From positions 1 through 42,903 of the forward strand of contig JAFZIM010000081.1 of assembly GCA_017554365.1 (NCBI GenBank): a DNA stretch of 42,903 bases. Direction: 5' to 3'. The position numbers were made by a program, and so were the translations under genes. The notes under the pieces were generated by a model that was given only the letters and a program-made list of their open reading frames with translations, was not told the origin of the DNA and made no database searches. Of the stretch, positions 35,409 through 42,903 are shown piece after piece. The DNA is from Alphaproteobacteria bacterium (GTDB lineage: Bacteria > Pseudomonadota > Alphaproteobacteria > Rs-D84). Numbering within the stretch: position 1 is the stretch's first letter; each line of letters opens with the position of its first letter.

Positions 35409-36178
35409 ATATTTAATAAAATATCTTGGACACATGTTCGTGCTGCATGATATTTTTTACGTGTGTCTTCGCCTGAATCAATTAAATGTTGTCCCACCGA
35501 AGAATTATCAGATATTACCAAAATCGCTGATGCTGGTTTACCAATCGCATTCATCGCGTTAAAGAAAGCAGATGTTTCCATTTCAATTACATTTGCACCC
35601 ATTTCTTTGAATTCTGATAAATGTTGATATTCGCACATAATGCTGTCCATGGAAATAGGCACAGCGTTAATTGTTTTTATGTTTTGTTTTTCGCAAATGT
35701 TTCTGATTTCTTGGTTTAATTCTGAATTAGCATACGCTTTTTTATACATATTAGATGGGTCTAATTTTTCATACAAGTACAAAGAAGCACCTTCGCCAGA
35801 TATAGAATATTCAGGTATAATAAAATCACCAATTTTTATTTCTGGAACCAAAGAGCCAGCAGAACCAATAAATACAAATTTATCACAATTTAATTCGCTA
35901 CATGCTAAACAAAAATCTATTATGTTTGGTGCCCCAATATTTAATTTTATATGCAAATATTTTTTACCATTGACTTCTATTTTATGGGCTATGCTTTCAA
36001 GTCCGCCTTTGAATAAAAATTGAGATTTGATTTTAGATGAATCAAAAATATCTTCTACAGACCAAACAGGTGCAACAAAAACACAATCAAAATGTTCTGA
36101 TGATGGAATACCATAAACCAATTTTAAAACATCATCTGTGTTGGAATATTGTTTAAATAAATTTATTATTTTATTCAT
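35405..36178 (-). CDS. Nucleoside phosphorylase / nucleosidase family (PNP_UDP_1) protein
   Basis: FVFIGSAGSLVPEIKIGDFIIPEYSISGEGASLY and ANVIEMETSAFFNA match the phosphorylase family 1 core motifs. Its start abuts the stop of the upstream Nudix gene (36178/36179). Confidence 0.7.
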   Translation of the reverse strand: MNKIINLFKQYSNTDDVLKLVYGIPSSEHFDCVFVAPVWSVEDIFDSSKIKSQFLFKGGLESIAHKIEVNGKKYLHIKLNIGAPNIIDFCLACSELNCDKFVFIGSAGSLVPEIKIGDFIIPEYSISGEGASLYLYEKLDPSNMYKKAYANSELNQEIRNICEKQNIKTINAVPISMDSIMCEYQHLSEFKEMGANVIEMETSAFFNAMNAIGKPASAILVISDNSSVGQHLIDSGEDTRKKYHAARTCVQDILLNI

Positions 36179-36703
36179 CTAGTCGCCCTTTGTTTGCACT
36201 TTTTTTGTCATATTAATGTAATTATATACCATTTGTAATCCGGATATAATTGATGGTATAAATGTCCCGTTTTCTTGCATTTGTTGAATTTCTTGTTGTG
36301 TTGCCCATTTAGCATTTTGTACTTCTGATTCTTGTAATTTTAAATCTTTGATATCAGTATCTGCATAAACCAACCAAACATCAACAAAATCAGATGGTCT
36401 TTTGAATGTGCCAACCAATACAGAATTTTCAATTGTTGGTTTTATGCCCAATTCTTCGACGGATTCACGAACACAAGTATCCCAACTTGATTCACCTTTT
36501 ATTGCACCGCCCCCAGTTTGCCCCCACATATTAGGAAACTTTTTAGCAGTTGCAACACGTTGTTGTAATAAAAACTGATTAAATTTATTAATAAACCATA
36601 CATGTACAGATAATTTATTTAAACCATTTGGAATAGGTGATTTTCTGTCTGCAGAGCCAACAATTTGACGGGCGTTATTATAAAGGTCAATTATTTCAGG
36701 CAT
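36179..36703 (-). CDS. NUDIX hydrolase
   Basis: Nudix box GGGAIKGESSWDTCVRESVEELGI. 174 aa. Confidence 0.85.
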   Translation of the reverse strand: MPEIIDLYNNARQIVGSADRKSPIPNGLNKLSVHVWFINKFNQFLLQQRVATAKKFPNMWGQTGGGAIKGESSWDTCVRESVEELGIKPTIENSVLVGTFKRPSDFVDVWLVYADTDIKDLKLQESEVQNAKWATQQEIQQMQENGTFIPSIISGLQMVYNYINMTKKVQTKGD

Positions 36704-36843
36704 AATTTATCCTTTTAAAGTATATAAATATGTTAAATTAAAAATATGCTATTTCAATATTTATTTTTTTACAATGTCGTATTATGTTGATATTTTAAGT
36801 TTTTATGTTATTTTACTCACCTATGAAAAAAGGCAAAACATAG

Positions 36844-37647
36844 ATGAAACCTGATATAGAAAAAGCAAGAAATAGGGTAAAACGAGATGTTTTTTCAGAA
36901 TATTCAGAAGCATATATTGTGTCAAATGAATATGTACATAGTGCATTAAAATTTGTTCCAAAAAATGCGAATATTTTAACTATTGCTGGTTCTGGGGACC
37001 AAGCAATGTTTTGTTCTTTGAAAAATCCAAAAAGCATAGATACATTTGATATTTCTTATAATGCAAAAATAATTATGGATATAAAAACATCTGCTTTGCA
37101 AATATTGGATTGCGAAGATTATTGGGAATTGCTTTGTCGTTTATACGAACCTTTGGATATATTAAAAATACACAATATGCCAGAAATAGTAAAAACATTA
37201 CCAAAACAAGAACAATTATATTTACAACAAATGCGTTATTATGAAATTTTTAGTATTGGATTACCACCTTCGAAATATCCAAATTCTTTTCCTAATGAAC
37301 GTGAATATATGCAAATGCGTGAAAAGATTAAGAAACCTTTTAATTTTATCTGGTCAGACATAGAATCTTTGCATATAAAATTAGATAAAAAATATGATTT
37401 TATACATTTATCAAATATTTTGGATTATATAGATGACAAGAAAATAAAAAAGATAATATTATCTTTGTCAGAATATACAAACCCAGGTTGTAATATTTAT
37501 TTTGAATCACATTCTTATTATCGTATAGGAACCAAAAAAATACGTAAGTGTTGCGAAAAAATTTCACAAATTACCAATCAAGAATGGGTGTTTAAAGAAA
37601 TACCAAGTGTTAAAAGATTAAGATGCGTTATTCATCGTGTAAGATAA
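36844..37647 (+). CDS. Class I SAM-dependent methyltransferase-like protein (DUF3419/BtaA-like)
   Basis: NILTIAGSGDQAMFCSL...IDTFDISYNAKIIMDIKTSAL resembles the DUF3419 N-terminal pattern (vL.I.SaGdnaL...v.avDln..Q..Ll.LK). The assignment is from memory only. Confidence 0.45.
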   Translation: MKPDIEKARNRVKRDVFSEYSEAYIVSNEYVHSALKFVPKNANILTIAGSGDQAMFCSLKNPKSIDTFDISYNAKIIMDIKTSALQILDCEDYWELLCRLYEPLDILKIHNMPEIVKTLPKQEQLYLQQMRYYEIFSIGLPPSKYPNSFPNEREYMQMREKIKKPFNFIWSDIESLHIKLDKKYDFIHLSNILDYIDDKKIKKIILSLSEYTNPGCNIYFESHSYYRIGTKKIRKCCEKISQITNQEWVFKEIPSVKRLRCVIHRVR

Positions 37648-37785
37648 AAGAGCAAAATTAATTTCGCGGTCTATCTTGCTTTTGCCGTCCATGAAGATAG
37701 ACAGAAACGGACTAGGAGACGCAACAACACAGGTCAAAGGAGTTTAAAACCTATGTAATAATTACGCAGGCAGCGGGAACTGATA

Positions 37786-38367
37786 TTAATATCTTTTATT
37801 TATCTCAAATACCCTTGTTAAATCAGTTGAAATACAAAGAATATCAGATACTAAGTTAAGGGATTTTCTGATTTCGCGTATTTCAGGATTGTTAGATTGT
37901 GTCATTTCTAACAATACGTCCAACACTAATTTATTGTTTCGATTTTTTCCTTGCATTTGATCACGTTCATATAATTCTCTTACAATAGGTTGTAACCATG
38001 ATGGAAAGTCAGCAGGGTTAAAAGGTTTTTTGTTTGGTTGAAGATATGAACGCCAATATCTAAAGAAGTAAGAAACAATCAATAGTGCCAAAAGTGATTC
38101 CAAAGAATTTGAATGAGGATTAATTGAATAAGGGTCTATAAGATGTAAAAGTGCCAATATATCAGAACGGGATAGGGCGTATAAAAATCCTGTCCAAAAT
38201 ACATAGAACAAATAATCGTCGCGTAATTCATTTGCGTCTGCATCTTTCAATAATTGCATTAATCCGTCCCATTGTTCTTGAACAGGGATATTACGAATAG
38301 ATGCTCTTGGTGCAGGTGGAAATGGATTGTTTCTTGGTGTTATGCTTTGAAAATAGCGTGATTTCAT
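37786..38367 (-). CDS. Hypothetical protein (193 aa), orphan
   Basis: SD aaggag lies upstream of the ATG. Helical composition. No motif recognised. Confidence 0.45.
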   Translation of the reverse strand: MKSRYFQSITPRNNPFPPAPRASIRNIPVQEQWDGLMQLLKDADANELRDDYLFYVFWTGFLYALSRSDILALLHLIDPYSINPHSNSLESLLALLIVSYFFRYWRSYLQPNKKPFNPADFPSWLQPIVRELYERDQMQGKNRNNKLVLDVLLEMTQSNNPEIREIRKSLNLVSDILCISTDLTRVFEINKRY

Positions 38368-38429
38368 TATTGACTCCTTAGGTTATGTGGTTCTTATATA
38401 GGGATATTTTCTGTTGTGTCAATACCCCC

Positions 38430-38474
38430 GATTAAAAAATATTTATCTGGGTCACAGGAAGGTTTTTGTGGCCC
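38430..38474 (-). terminator. Possible terminator of the 61-aa gene
   Basis: 8-bp stem gggtcaca(38449-38456)/tgtggccc(38467-38474) with one G:U pair. On the minus strand the U-run is 9 nt away rather than adjacent. Confidence 0.35.
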
Positions 38475-38495
38475 AGTAAATATTAGGTTTGCGGA

Positions 38496-38681
38496 TTAAC
38501 AGGAATGTGTAGATATCAGATGTCCAGTTTCATCATATACATATATCCAATTACCGCGTTTGATAGAAACAGAAGACCCAGTGAATCCGTGTAAGTCCCC
38601 TGAAATAGTTGTTTTTAAACTTGATTTTTCATCGTAAACGTAAACCCATGCGCCACGTTGAACTGCAGTAGAGATTGCCAT
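38496..38681 (-). CDS. Small protein made of two ~33-residue repeats (RGxW[VI]YVYDE motif)
   Basis: 61 aa. Residues 4-27 STAVQRGAWVYVYDEKSSLKTTIS align with residues 37-60 SVSIKRGNWIYVYDETGHLISTHS. SD aaaaggat lies upstream. Confidence 0.55.
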   Translation of the reverse strand: MAISTAVQRGAWVYVYDEKSSLKTTISGDLHGFTGSSVSIKRGNWIYVYDETGHLISTHSC

Positions 38682-38782
38682 ATTTTTATCCTTTTTTTAT
38701 ATTGGTTCATTGTTCAGAAACGATTCGTTTTATCATTTCTTTACAATCAAAATATAATTAATGCTTAGGACAAAAATGGTCC

Positions 38783-38806
38783 AAAAAAAACACCCTAATA
38801 GGTGTT
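38783..38806 (-). terminator. Rho-independent terminator of the ABC/4-TM operon
   Basis: Stem acacc(38790-38794)/ggtgt(38801-38805), loop ctaata. On the minus strand it is followed by tttttttt. Confidence 0.65.
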
Positions 38807-39355
38807 TTATTTAAATTTTCTAAATTTTATAATATTTGGAATTTTTATAAGAAAATATATAAATGGTATGGTAATCAAAGCCCACCATTTATTTATATTC
38901 ATATTAATATTAAACAAAGACAATGTTTCGCACGTCATACATATAAAACTGAATATAAATACAACCAAACTTATCATTGTGTTGATTTTATAAGGGGAAT
39001 AAGGGTAAGAACTTAGAATCTTTTTGTTATCTATCTGTTTGTGTAAAACATTAGTCAAAGAATGTTCTTTGTTTGATTCTAATTCTTTGATATGTAGTTC
39101 CCAATTTTCTTGCCAAAATTTAGAACCGCGATTTGATAAATACCAACTGAAAGCCAAAAAAGTAAATAACATACTGAATAACAAACTGGCAATAGGATTT
39201 GTTGGTTCCATGGTTTTGATTTTCAAATATCCGGCACCAATAATACTGATAAACCCAAAGAAATAAAGTGCACGTTGCCAATAAATTTGGATTTCTTGAC
39301 GCCAATTTTGCCACGCAATATTTAATTCTGTATCAGTATTAGAATTTGTTTTCAT
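38807..39355 (-). CDS. 4-TM membrane protein, unknown function
   Basis: 182 aa. Helices ALYFFGFISIIGAGYL, IASLLFSMLFTFLAFSWYL, MISLVVFIFSFICMTCETL and WWALITIPFIYFLIKI, with a charged segment RGSKFWQENWELHIKELE between pairs. Lies 15 nt downstream of the ABC gene. Confidence 0.55.
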   Translation of the reverse strand: MKTNSNTDTELNIAWQNWRQEIQIYWQRALYFFGFISIIGAGYLKIKTMEPTNPIASLLFSMLFTFLAFSWYLSNRGSKFWQENWELHIKELESNKEHSLTNVLHKQIDNKKILSSYPYSPYKINTMISLVVFIFSFICMTCETLSLFNINMNINKWWALITIPFIYFLIKIPNIIKFRKFK

Positions 39356-39370
39356 AAAATTTCTCCGTTT

Positions 39371-41137
39371 TTATTCGTTTATAAATCCACCTGATTGCAT
39401 TTTCCATAATTTAGAATACACGCCATTTTTCCGAAGTAATGATTTATGTGTTCCCATTTCAACAATTTTGCCATTAGCAAGAACGATTAATTTATCCATA
39501 TTACGTAATGTTGATAAACGATGGGCGATAACTATGGTTGTTTTGTTCTTTGATAATTCAGCAAAAGATTTCTGAATTGTGGTTTCAGTTTCACTATCCA
39601 ATGCAGATGTTGCTTCGTCCAATACTAAAATAGGGGCATCTTTTAAAAATGCACGTGCGATGGCTATGCGTTGTCTTTGACCGCCTGATAATTTTATTCC
39701 CCTGTCGCCAACAAAAGAATCATATTTATTTGGTGTAGATAAAATGAATTTTTCAGCAGATGCACGACGGGCTGCTGATTTGATTTCTTTGTCAGATGCA
39801 CCAATACGGCCATATTCTATGTTTTCACGAATTGTGCGGTTAAACATAGTTGAATCTTGCGGAATAAATGCAATATTTTCATGCAAAGATTTTTGAGTTA
39901 TAGTTTTTATGTCTGTGTCATCAATTAAAATACTTCCATTTGTTGGGTCATAAAGACGTAAAATCAAATTTACCAATGTTGTTTTTCCAGCACCAGATAA
40001 ACCGACTATACCGACTTTTTCGCCAGGTTTTACTTTGAAAGAAATATTTTTCAATACCAAACTTTTGTTGTATTTGAAACTAAGGTTTTTAATTTCTACC
40101 GAAGCATTTTTTATAACCAATTTTTTTGCGTTTTCAATATCTGTTATTTTTATTGGTTTTATCAAACTATCATAAGAACCCACAGAACGACCAATTCTTT
40201 CAATAAAACCTTTTAATTCCATAATTAAATTAAATGACACAGCACTTATACCAGTAAAGACACTTAAAGCAAAAGATATATCAGCAATACTTGATTGACC
40301 CGTAGAATACATATAACCACATAATACGATTAATGCAGTCATACCAATAACGTCCATTCCATAATTACCAGGGCCCCAGAACCAGCGGGAAAGGGCATGA
40401 CCTGCGCGTGCTGTTTTTTCATAATCTTTACGATATGGTTCAGCACATTTTTGTTCGTATTCTGTATGTGCAAAAGTTTTTACTGCGATAAAATTGGAAA
40501 GCGCATCTAATAAACGTCCATGTAATGTGTTTAATGTGCGTGATGCGTTTGCTGAACCTCTTAATGAAGAATTAATTCTGCATATTCCGAAACCAATACG
40601 AAAACTGGCGGCTAATAATATAACAACAACATATTGCCAACCAATTACAAATAAACCACCAATAGTTAATGCGAAAGCACATAATACAGCAATCATACTG
40701 CCAAATACGATTTGTATTGTGTCATAAAATCCAGTTGATATCCCGTCTATTTGAGAATTGATTTTCCCAGGCATAGAATTAGCATAATATTCAATGCTTT
40801 GATTAAATACATATTTATATAAATCGCGTGATATTTTATTATATGAACGATATTTAATCGTGTTATCAAATACAACCCAACGCAAAATAGCACCGCCAAC
40901 CAACAAAGAACGAATGACAAAATAAAGTATTGCGATTGGTATGATTTTATCAAAAGCGTCAGATATATAGGTGTTTTCTAATGTTGATATAACCATCTTG
41001 ATAAAAAACGCAGGTATTATTGTATGTCCTGCTGTATCAAAAGCAGAAACCAAAGTATAAACAAAAGGCCAACCTTTGGCATATCTGAATAAATTTTTAA
41101 AATAAAAAACAAGAACGCTTTTAGGAAATGTAATCAT
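39371..41137 (-). CDS. ABC exporter, fused permease/ATPase (MsbA/type I exporter-like)
   Basis: Six N-terminal TM helices. Walker A GLSGAGKTT, signature LSGGQRQRIAIARA, Walker B ILVLDEATSALD, H-loop IVIAHRLST. Confidence 0.9.
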   Translation of the reverse strand: MITFPKSVLVFYFKNLFRYAKGWPFVYTLVSAFDTAGHTIIPAFFIKMVISTLENTYISDAFDKIIPIAILYFVIRSLLVGGAILRWVVFDNTIKYRSYNKISRDLYKYVFNQSIEYYANSMPGKINSQIDGISTGFYDTIQIVFGSMIAVLCAFALTIGGLFVIGWQYVVVILLAASFRIGFGICRINSSLRGSANASRTLNTLHGRLLDALSNFIAVKTFAHTEYEQKCAEPYRKDYEKTARAGHALSRWFWGPGNYGMDVIGMTALIVLCGYMYSTGQSSIADISFALSVFTGISAVSFNLIMELKGFIERIGRSVGSYDSLIKPIKITDIENAKKLVIKNASVEIKNLSFKYNKSLVLKNISFKVKPGEKVGIVGLSGAGKTTLVNLILRLYDPTNGSILIDDTDIKTITQKSLHENIAFIPQDSTMFNRTIRENIEYGRIGASDKEIKSAARRASAEKFILSTPNKYDSFVGDRGIKLSGGQRQRIAIARAFLKDAPILVLDEATSALDSETETTIQKSFAELSKNKTTIVIAHRLSTLRNMDKLIVLANGKIVEMGTHKSLLRKNGVYSKLWKMQSGGFINE

Positions 41138-41330
41138 AACATATAAATTATATCATTTTATTCCTATGCTTGCAAATCATAAAAAATACACATTTTTATT
41201 TAATAAAAATGGATTAAAACAAACGGACAAAAATGGTCTGAAAGAATTATCAGAATGCTTTTTTGCTTTAATTTTCAGAAAAAAATACGTATATATATAG
41301 TAAATAAAATTTTTAACGAAAAGGCGAAAA

Positions 41331-42581
41331 ATGAAAATATGTATATATCGTGGTACGAATGAGATAGGTGGTAATTGTGTTGAATTGGCTTCAAATAAAA
41401 CACGTGTGTTGATGGATGTTGGGATACCTTTGATTTCTATGGAACAAAGGGAAGTGCCGGTAAGTGAATACAAAGTTCCTTGCGCTGGGTTATATAAAGA
41501 TGAAAAAGCATCTGTTGATGCAATTTTTATTAGCCACGGACATCCAGACCATTATGGTTTATTACCAATTGTAAATAAAGATATACCGGTTTATATGTCA
41601 AAGGTGTTGCATGAAATTTTATTAAAAATACAACCTTTGTTGCCGGGCGGTTTTGATATTTCTGATTTAGATATTCATGATATCGAACCTGATGAATCTG
41701 TTAAAATTGGCGATATGACGATTACAGCACGTGCTGTGGACCATGCACCTGGGGCTTATGCTTATGAAATAGAACATAATAATAAACGCGTTGTTTATAC
41801 TGGTGATATTCGTTTCCATTCAAATCAAAAATATAAATCATGGGCTTTGGCGAAAAAAGCAGTAAACCCAGATTATTTGATTATGGAAGGAACGCGTTTA
41901 TCAAGACCTGAATTAAAAGAAAAATATCCAACTGAAAATGCAGTTTGCGATGGTATGAAAGATTTAATTCGTGATTCTGGTAAATTAACTTTTATCAGTA
42001 TGTCTTCACAAAATATGGACAGGGTTGTTTCAGTAATAAAGGCATGTCGTGCAACTGGTAAAACTTTTGTAATTGACCCTTATACAGCAGCATTATTTGA
42101 TGTATATCATGAATTAACCCCTAAATTTCCAAAAGTAGAAGATATATCTTGTGTTCGTATTTATTATGGTATGAGTGAATCTATCGTTAATCGTATGATA
42201 AAATCAGGCCTGTTTTATAAACACAAATCACAAAAAATTACCAAAGAAGAAATTATGGCAAAACCAGATAATTTTGTAATTAAATATAACTTGAAATTGG
42301 CAAGATATTTATTGAATAATGTAATCAAAGATTATGATTTTATATATTCTATGTGGACTGGGTATCTTGACAGACAAAAAACATGGGACAGATATAAAAA
42401 GCATATCACAGAAATACATACATCTGGACATGCTGAAATAATGGCTTTACAAAAATTTGTAAAACAAATAAAACCTAAAAATTTGATACCTATACATACA
42501 GAATGTAAAAATGAATATAAAAAAATGTTTGGTGTTGAAAACACTATTGTTTTAAACGATAACGAAGCAAAAAGGATATAA
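41331..42581 (+). CDS. Metallo-beta-lactamase fold, beta-CASP-type nuclease (RNase J/CPSF-like family)
   Basis: Motifs in order: ISHGHPDHYG (HxHxDH), VDHAPGA, YTGDIRF, IMEGTR (beta-CASP A), HTSGHA (B), IPIHTE (C). Confidence 0.75.
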   Translation: MKICIYRGTNEIGGNCVELASNKTRVLMDVGIPLISMEQREVPVSEYKVPCAGLYKDEKASVDAIFISHGHPDHYGLLPIVNKDIPVYMSKVLHEILLKIQPLLPGGFDISDLDIHDIEPDESVKIGDMTITARAVDHAPGAYAYEIEHNNKRVVYTGDIRFHSNQKYKSWALAKKAVNPDYLIMEGTRLSRPELKEKYPTENAVCDGMKDLIRDSGKLTFISMSSQNMDRVVSVIKACRATGKTFVIDPYTAALFDVYHELTPKFPKVEDISCVRIYYGMSESIVNRMIKSGLFYKHKSQKITKEEIMAKPDNFVIKYNLKLARYLLNNVIKDYDFIYSMWTGYLDRQKTWDRYKKHITEIHTSGHAEIMALQKFVKQIKPKNLIPIHTECKNEYKKMFGVENTIVLNDNEAKRI

Positions 42582-42582
42582 A

Positions 42583-42903
42583 ATGGCTATGCAAACAAAT
42601 AATATAGTTAGCGCACAAGAAAATTGGCAACGTTCTATTTCTGAAGCTTTTTTAGAAAGATTTAAATCTGGTAATTTAAAAAATTTAAAAAAATTAATAG
42701 ATAAAAACGGTAGATATAAGTCAAGATTTATGCTGAATTTACGCGGAAACAGGGTTATAATTTATTATAAAGGGTTACGTGCATTAACTATATATGATGC
42801 TGGTGATGAAGAAAAACAACAAATTGAATATGAATTTGAATGTACAAAAGAATATGTAAAAGATACTGTTGATTTCCAAAAACTTGGTGTGTCTTTGGTT
42901 AAA
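42583..42903 (+). CDS. Hypothetical protein, 5' partial view (runs off window end)
   Basis: Not in the supplied ORF track. ATG at 42583 lies 1 nt after the beta-CASP stop, with SD aaaagga. Open for 107 codons: MAMQTNNIVSAQENWQRSISEAFLERFKSGNLKNLKKLIDKNGRYKSRFMLNLRGNRVIIYYKG... Confidence 0.5.
   Translation, partial: MAMQTNNIVSAQENWQRSISEAFLERFKSGNLKNLKKLIDKNGRYKSRFMLNLRGNRVIIYYKGLRALTIYDAGDEEKQQIEYEFECTKEYVKDTVDFQKLGVSLVK

Noticed and set aside
35640-36023. 127-aa plus-strand ORF
   Set aside because: It is antisense to the nucleoside phosphorylase-family gene, whose motifs (GSAGSL, EMETSAFF) identify the real strand.
37648-37785. Possible SRP (4.5S) RNA because of aggtca...ggag...gcagc strings
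   Set aside because: The conserved domain IV arrangement (GGUCC-GGAA tetraloop-AGCAGC at short spacing) is not present. The spacing and the loop are wrong on both strands.
38768-38782. Shared motif ggacaaaaatggtc at 38768-38781 and 41225-41238 as a common operator
   Set aside because: It occurs only twice and is A-rich. A 14-mer match within 43 kb of AT-biased DNA on two strands is not clearly beyond chance, so I cannot support a regulatory call.
41177-41473. 98-aa minus-strand ORF
   Set aside because: It covers the intergenic promoter region and the 5' end of the beta-CASP gene, and is a low-complexity Phe/Ile/Tyr-rich translation.
1-42903. CRISPR arrays, rRNA, IS transposases, reverse transcriptase/retron or DGR elements
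   Set aside because: I saw no regularly spaced direct repeats, no rRNA-like conserved strings, and no DDE or RT motifs in any of the listed ORFs.

Overview
AT-rich chromosomal segment from a diderm bacterium. IHF, Lgt, several Phe-terminated outer-membrane barrels and a DUF2924-like plus serine-recombinase pair suggest a small-genome proteobacterium, possibly alphaproteobacterial; I cannot verify this without a search. Housekeeping genes I recognise with confidence: hemW-like radical SAM, M13 (PepO-like) peptidase, IHF/HU, cvpA, U32 peptidase, glyQS, a 2x[4Fe-4S] ferredoxin, a BAX-inhibitor/YccA protein, lgt, an MsbA-like ABC exporter, and three tRNAs (Arg-CCT, Thr-TGT, Ser-TGA). Canonical hairpin terminators are frequent. 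Accessory content sits between these genes. (1) Directly 3' of tRNA-Thr is a self-contained operon of an HNH-like Zn-finger protein and an unassigned radical SAM enzyme; this is my best candidate for an undescribed system. (2) A ~143-bp tandem duplication after lgt keeps two intact 19-codon micro-ORFs. (3) 3' of tRNA-Ser lies a putative island with an orphan gene, a DUF2924-like plus large serine recombinase pair and about 7 kb of glycosyltransferase, NDK-like, Nudix, HprK-like and HAD genes, ending at a truncated GNAT relic. (4) Other modules include a translationally coupled Nudix and nucleoside-phosphorylase-like pair, an ABC exporter with a 4-TM protein and orphan genes, and a beta-CASP nuclease coupled to an unknown gene cut by the window edge. 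No CRISPR array, rRNA, transposase or reverse transcriptase was seen. All family assignments come from motif recognition by eye, not database searches.
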